Shown piece by piece: positions 62,338-64,000 of a DNA stretch of 64,000 nucleotides; position 1 is the first letter of the stretch; each line of letters starts with the position of its first letter. Source of the stretch: Trueperaceae bacterium. Its GTDB lineage: Bacteria > Deinococcota > Deinococci > Deinococcales > Trueperaceae. The notes below the pieces were generated by a model, which saw only the letters and a program-made list of their open reading frames with translations, was not told where the DNA came from and did not search any database. The translations under genes were made by a program, and so were the position numbers. The stretch spans positions 1 through 64,000 of the forward strand of contig JAXHNB010000008.1 in the NCBI GenBank assembly GCA_034520945.1. Reading direction: 5' to 3'.

Positions 62338-62566
62338 GGGGTCATGGTAGACGAGGCGGGCGGGCAGGCGGGCTACATGGCCGTGCGGTGGAACGTGATC
62401 GGTACGCGTGCCACGACGGGTTCGCCCTCGGCCTCGTACGCGCCGCCCCGGTTCGGAGTGGCGCACTCTCGGTGGCCGGTGCAGGCCCGGCCCGCGGGGG
62501 TACCCTGCAAGGACGCAAGATCCGCCATCAGCGTAGGCTGGATGGCGCGCGAGAGGAGCGTGAGCG

Positions 62567-62947
62567 ATGACGCGACGCAAGGAACCGTTCGGGAGCGCCG
62601 CTGCCCCGTTGACGCCCGCCCTGCGGGTGGGCGACACCGTCTACGTGTCCGGCCAGGTGCCGGTGGGTCCGGATGGGAAGGTAGCGGGCGACGAGGTGCG
62701 TACGCAGACGAAGCAGGTGCTGGAGAACATGGAGGCGCAGTTGCAGGCGGCGGGCGCGACGCGGGCGGACGTCGTGAAGACGCTGGTCGTGCTGCCGCAC
62801 GTCAAGCGTGACTTTGCCGCCATGAACGAGGTGTACAGCGCGTTCTTTCCGGACCCGAAGCCGGCGCGGACCACCCTGGGTGGGGAGCTCGCCATCGACA
62901 TCCTGGTGGAGATCGAGGCGATAGCGGTGATCGACGCCGGCCGCTGA
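62567..62947 (+). CDS. RidA/YjgF family protein
   Basis: VYVSGQVP, FAAMNEVY, PART, VEIEAIA. Confidence 0.92.
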   Translation: MTRRKEPFGSAAAPLTPALRVGDTVYVSGQVPVGPDGKVAGDEVRTQTKQVLENMEAQLQAAGATRADVVKTLVVLPHVKRDFAAMNEVYSAFFPDPKPARTTLGGELAIDILVEIEAIAVIDAGR

Positions 62948-62971
62948 CGTGCGTGCGCCGCACCAGGAGCC

Positions 62972-64000
62972 TTACGGCGTGGCGCGCTCGGGCTCCGGCG
63001 TCGTCGCGGTGGGCGGGAAGGCGCGGCGGCGCAACCACAGGGCGACGTGCACCAGGCCGATCAGGACGGGCACTTCGACGAGGGGACCGATGACGGCGGC
63101 GAACGCGACGCCGGACCCCAGGCCGAACACGCTGATCGCGACGGCCAACGCCAGTTCGAAATTGTTGCTGGCCGCCGTGAACGACAATGTCGTGGTCTTC
63201 GCGTAGTCCGCGCCGATCAGGCGGCCCATCGCGAAACTGATCAGGAACATGATCACGAAGTACAAGAACAACGGCACCGCGATGGTGATCACGTCGAGCG
63301 GGATTTGCACGATCGTCTCGCCCTTCAGGCTGAACATCATCACGATCGTGAACAACAACGCCACCAGCGTGAGCGGCCCGATGCGCGGCAGGAACACGCG
63401 ATCGTACCAATCGCGCCCCATGCGCGGGATCAGGATCACGCGACTGAGGATGCCCGCCGCGAACGGCACGCCCAAGTAGATCAGCACGGCTTGCGCGATC
63501 TCGATGAAGGTGACGTCCACGATGCTGCCCTGCAACCCCAACCAGGCCGGCAGGACGGTGATGAACACGTACGCGTACGCCCCGAAGAACAAAATCTGGA
63601 ACACGCTGTTGAACGCCACCAGGCCCGCCGCGTACTCGTTGTCGCCCTCCGCCAGGTCGTTCCACACCAGCACCATCGCGATGCAGCGCGCCAACCCGAT
63701 CAGGATCAACCCCACCATGTACTCCGGGTGCCCCCGGAGGAACACCACCGCCAGGACGAACATCAGGACGGGCCCGATCAGCCAGTTCTGAATCAGTGAC
63801 AACCCCAACACCCGCCAGTTGCGGAACACCCGCGGCAACGCCCTGTACCGGACCTTCGCCAGTGGCGGGTACATCATCACGATCAACCCGATCGCGATCG
63901 GAATGTTCGTACTGCCCACGCTGAGCGCTTCCAACGCCCGCCCGAACGCCGGCACGGACCACCCCAACAGCACGCCCAAGCCCATCGCCGTGAAGATCCA
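62972..64000 (-). CDS. arsB: ACR3 family arsenite efflux transporter, 5' end outside the window
   Basis: [33 protein letters not shown]. Confidence 0.95.
   Translation of the reverse strand, partial: WIFTAMGLGVLLGWSVPAFGRALEALSVGSTNIPIAIGLIVMMYPPLAKVRYRALPRVFRNWRVLGLSLIQNWLIGPVLMFVLAVVFLRGHPEYMVGLILIGLARCIAMVLVWNDLAEGDNEYAAGLVAFNSVFQILFFGAYAYVFITVLPAWLGLQGSIVDVTFIEIAQAVLIYLGVPFAAGILSRVILIPRMGRDWYDRVFLPRIGPLTLVALLFTIVMMFSLKGETIVQIPLDVITIAVPLFLYFVIMFLISFAMGRLIGADYAKTTTLSFTAASNNFELALAVAISVFGLGSGVAFAAVIGPLVEVPVLIGLVHVALWLRRRAFPPTATTPEPERATP

Larger units (their letters stand above)
57074..62441. repeat. Tandem duplication, copy 2 (~5.37 kb)
   Basis: Near-identical to 51707-57071, with clustered substitutions. 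Confidence 0.95.

Noticed and set aside
62373..62528. 51-aa minus-strand ORF across the right end of the duplication
   Set aside because: No clear RBS or motif, and its 5' half differs at the internal junction; cannot be supported as a gene.
1..64000. Prophage, IS, integron or anti-phage defence system
   Set aside because: No integrase, transposase, phage structural, nuclease or methyltransferase motifs seen. The many Arg/Pro/Ala-rich ORFs are off-frame artefacts of high GC.

Overview
High-GC bacterial chromosomal window. It is probably from Deinococcota (Trueperaceae-like), inferred from the SlpA-type SLH protein and the BTAD-ATPase-TPR regulator. It starts at the 3' end of a minus-strand tRNA-Arg(CCT) and ends inside an ACR3 arsenite efflux gene. 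I found no integrase, transposase, phage gene or CRISPR array. From ~5 to 33 kb the genes are intact: aconitase, an M16 peptidase pair, c-di-GMP enzymes, a Pcs-like transferase and a phnCDEE-HAD-GntR unit. The stretches ~2.7-4.7, ~33.2-40.1 and ~42.9-51.5 kb are heavily frameshifted, either from assembly indels or from decay. 51.7-62.4 kb is a slightly diverged 5.37-kb tandem duplication of a GS-like/SDR/ALDH/DUF1349/ZIP unit. Best candidates for undescribed biology: (1) a divergent cluster of an atypical alanine racemase, an amino-acid-ligase-type ATP-grasp protein and a 654-aa hypothetical protein with a hidden papain-type Gln/Cys/His/Asn site; (2) a LarA-family catabolic island with four LacI-type operators and an ECF S component; (3) an SLH/coiled-coil/collagen/beta-barrel envelope tether; (4) a helically phased heptamer array between a BTAD regulator and a LamG-M23-Ig lipoprotein. 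Family calls come from motif recognition only; no searches were run.
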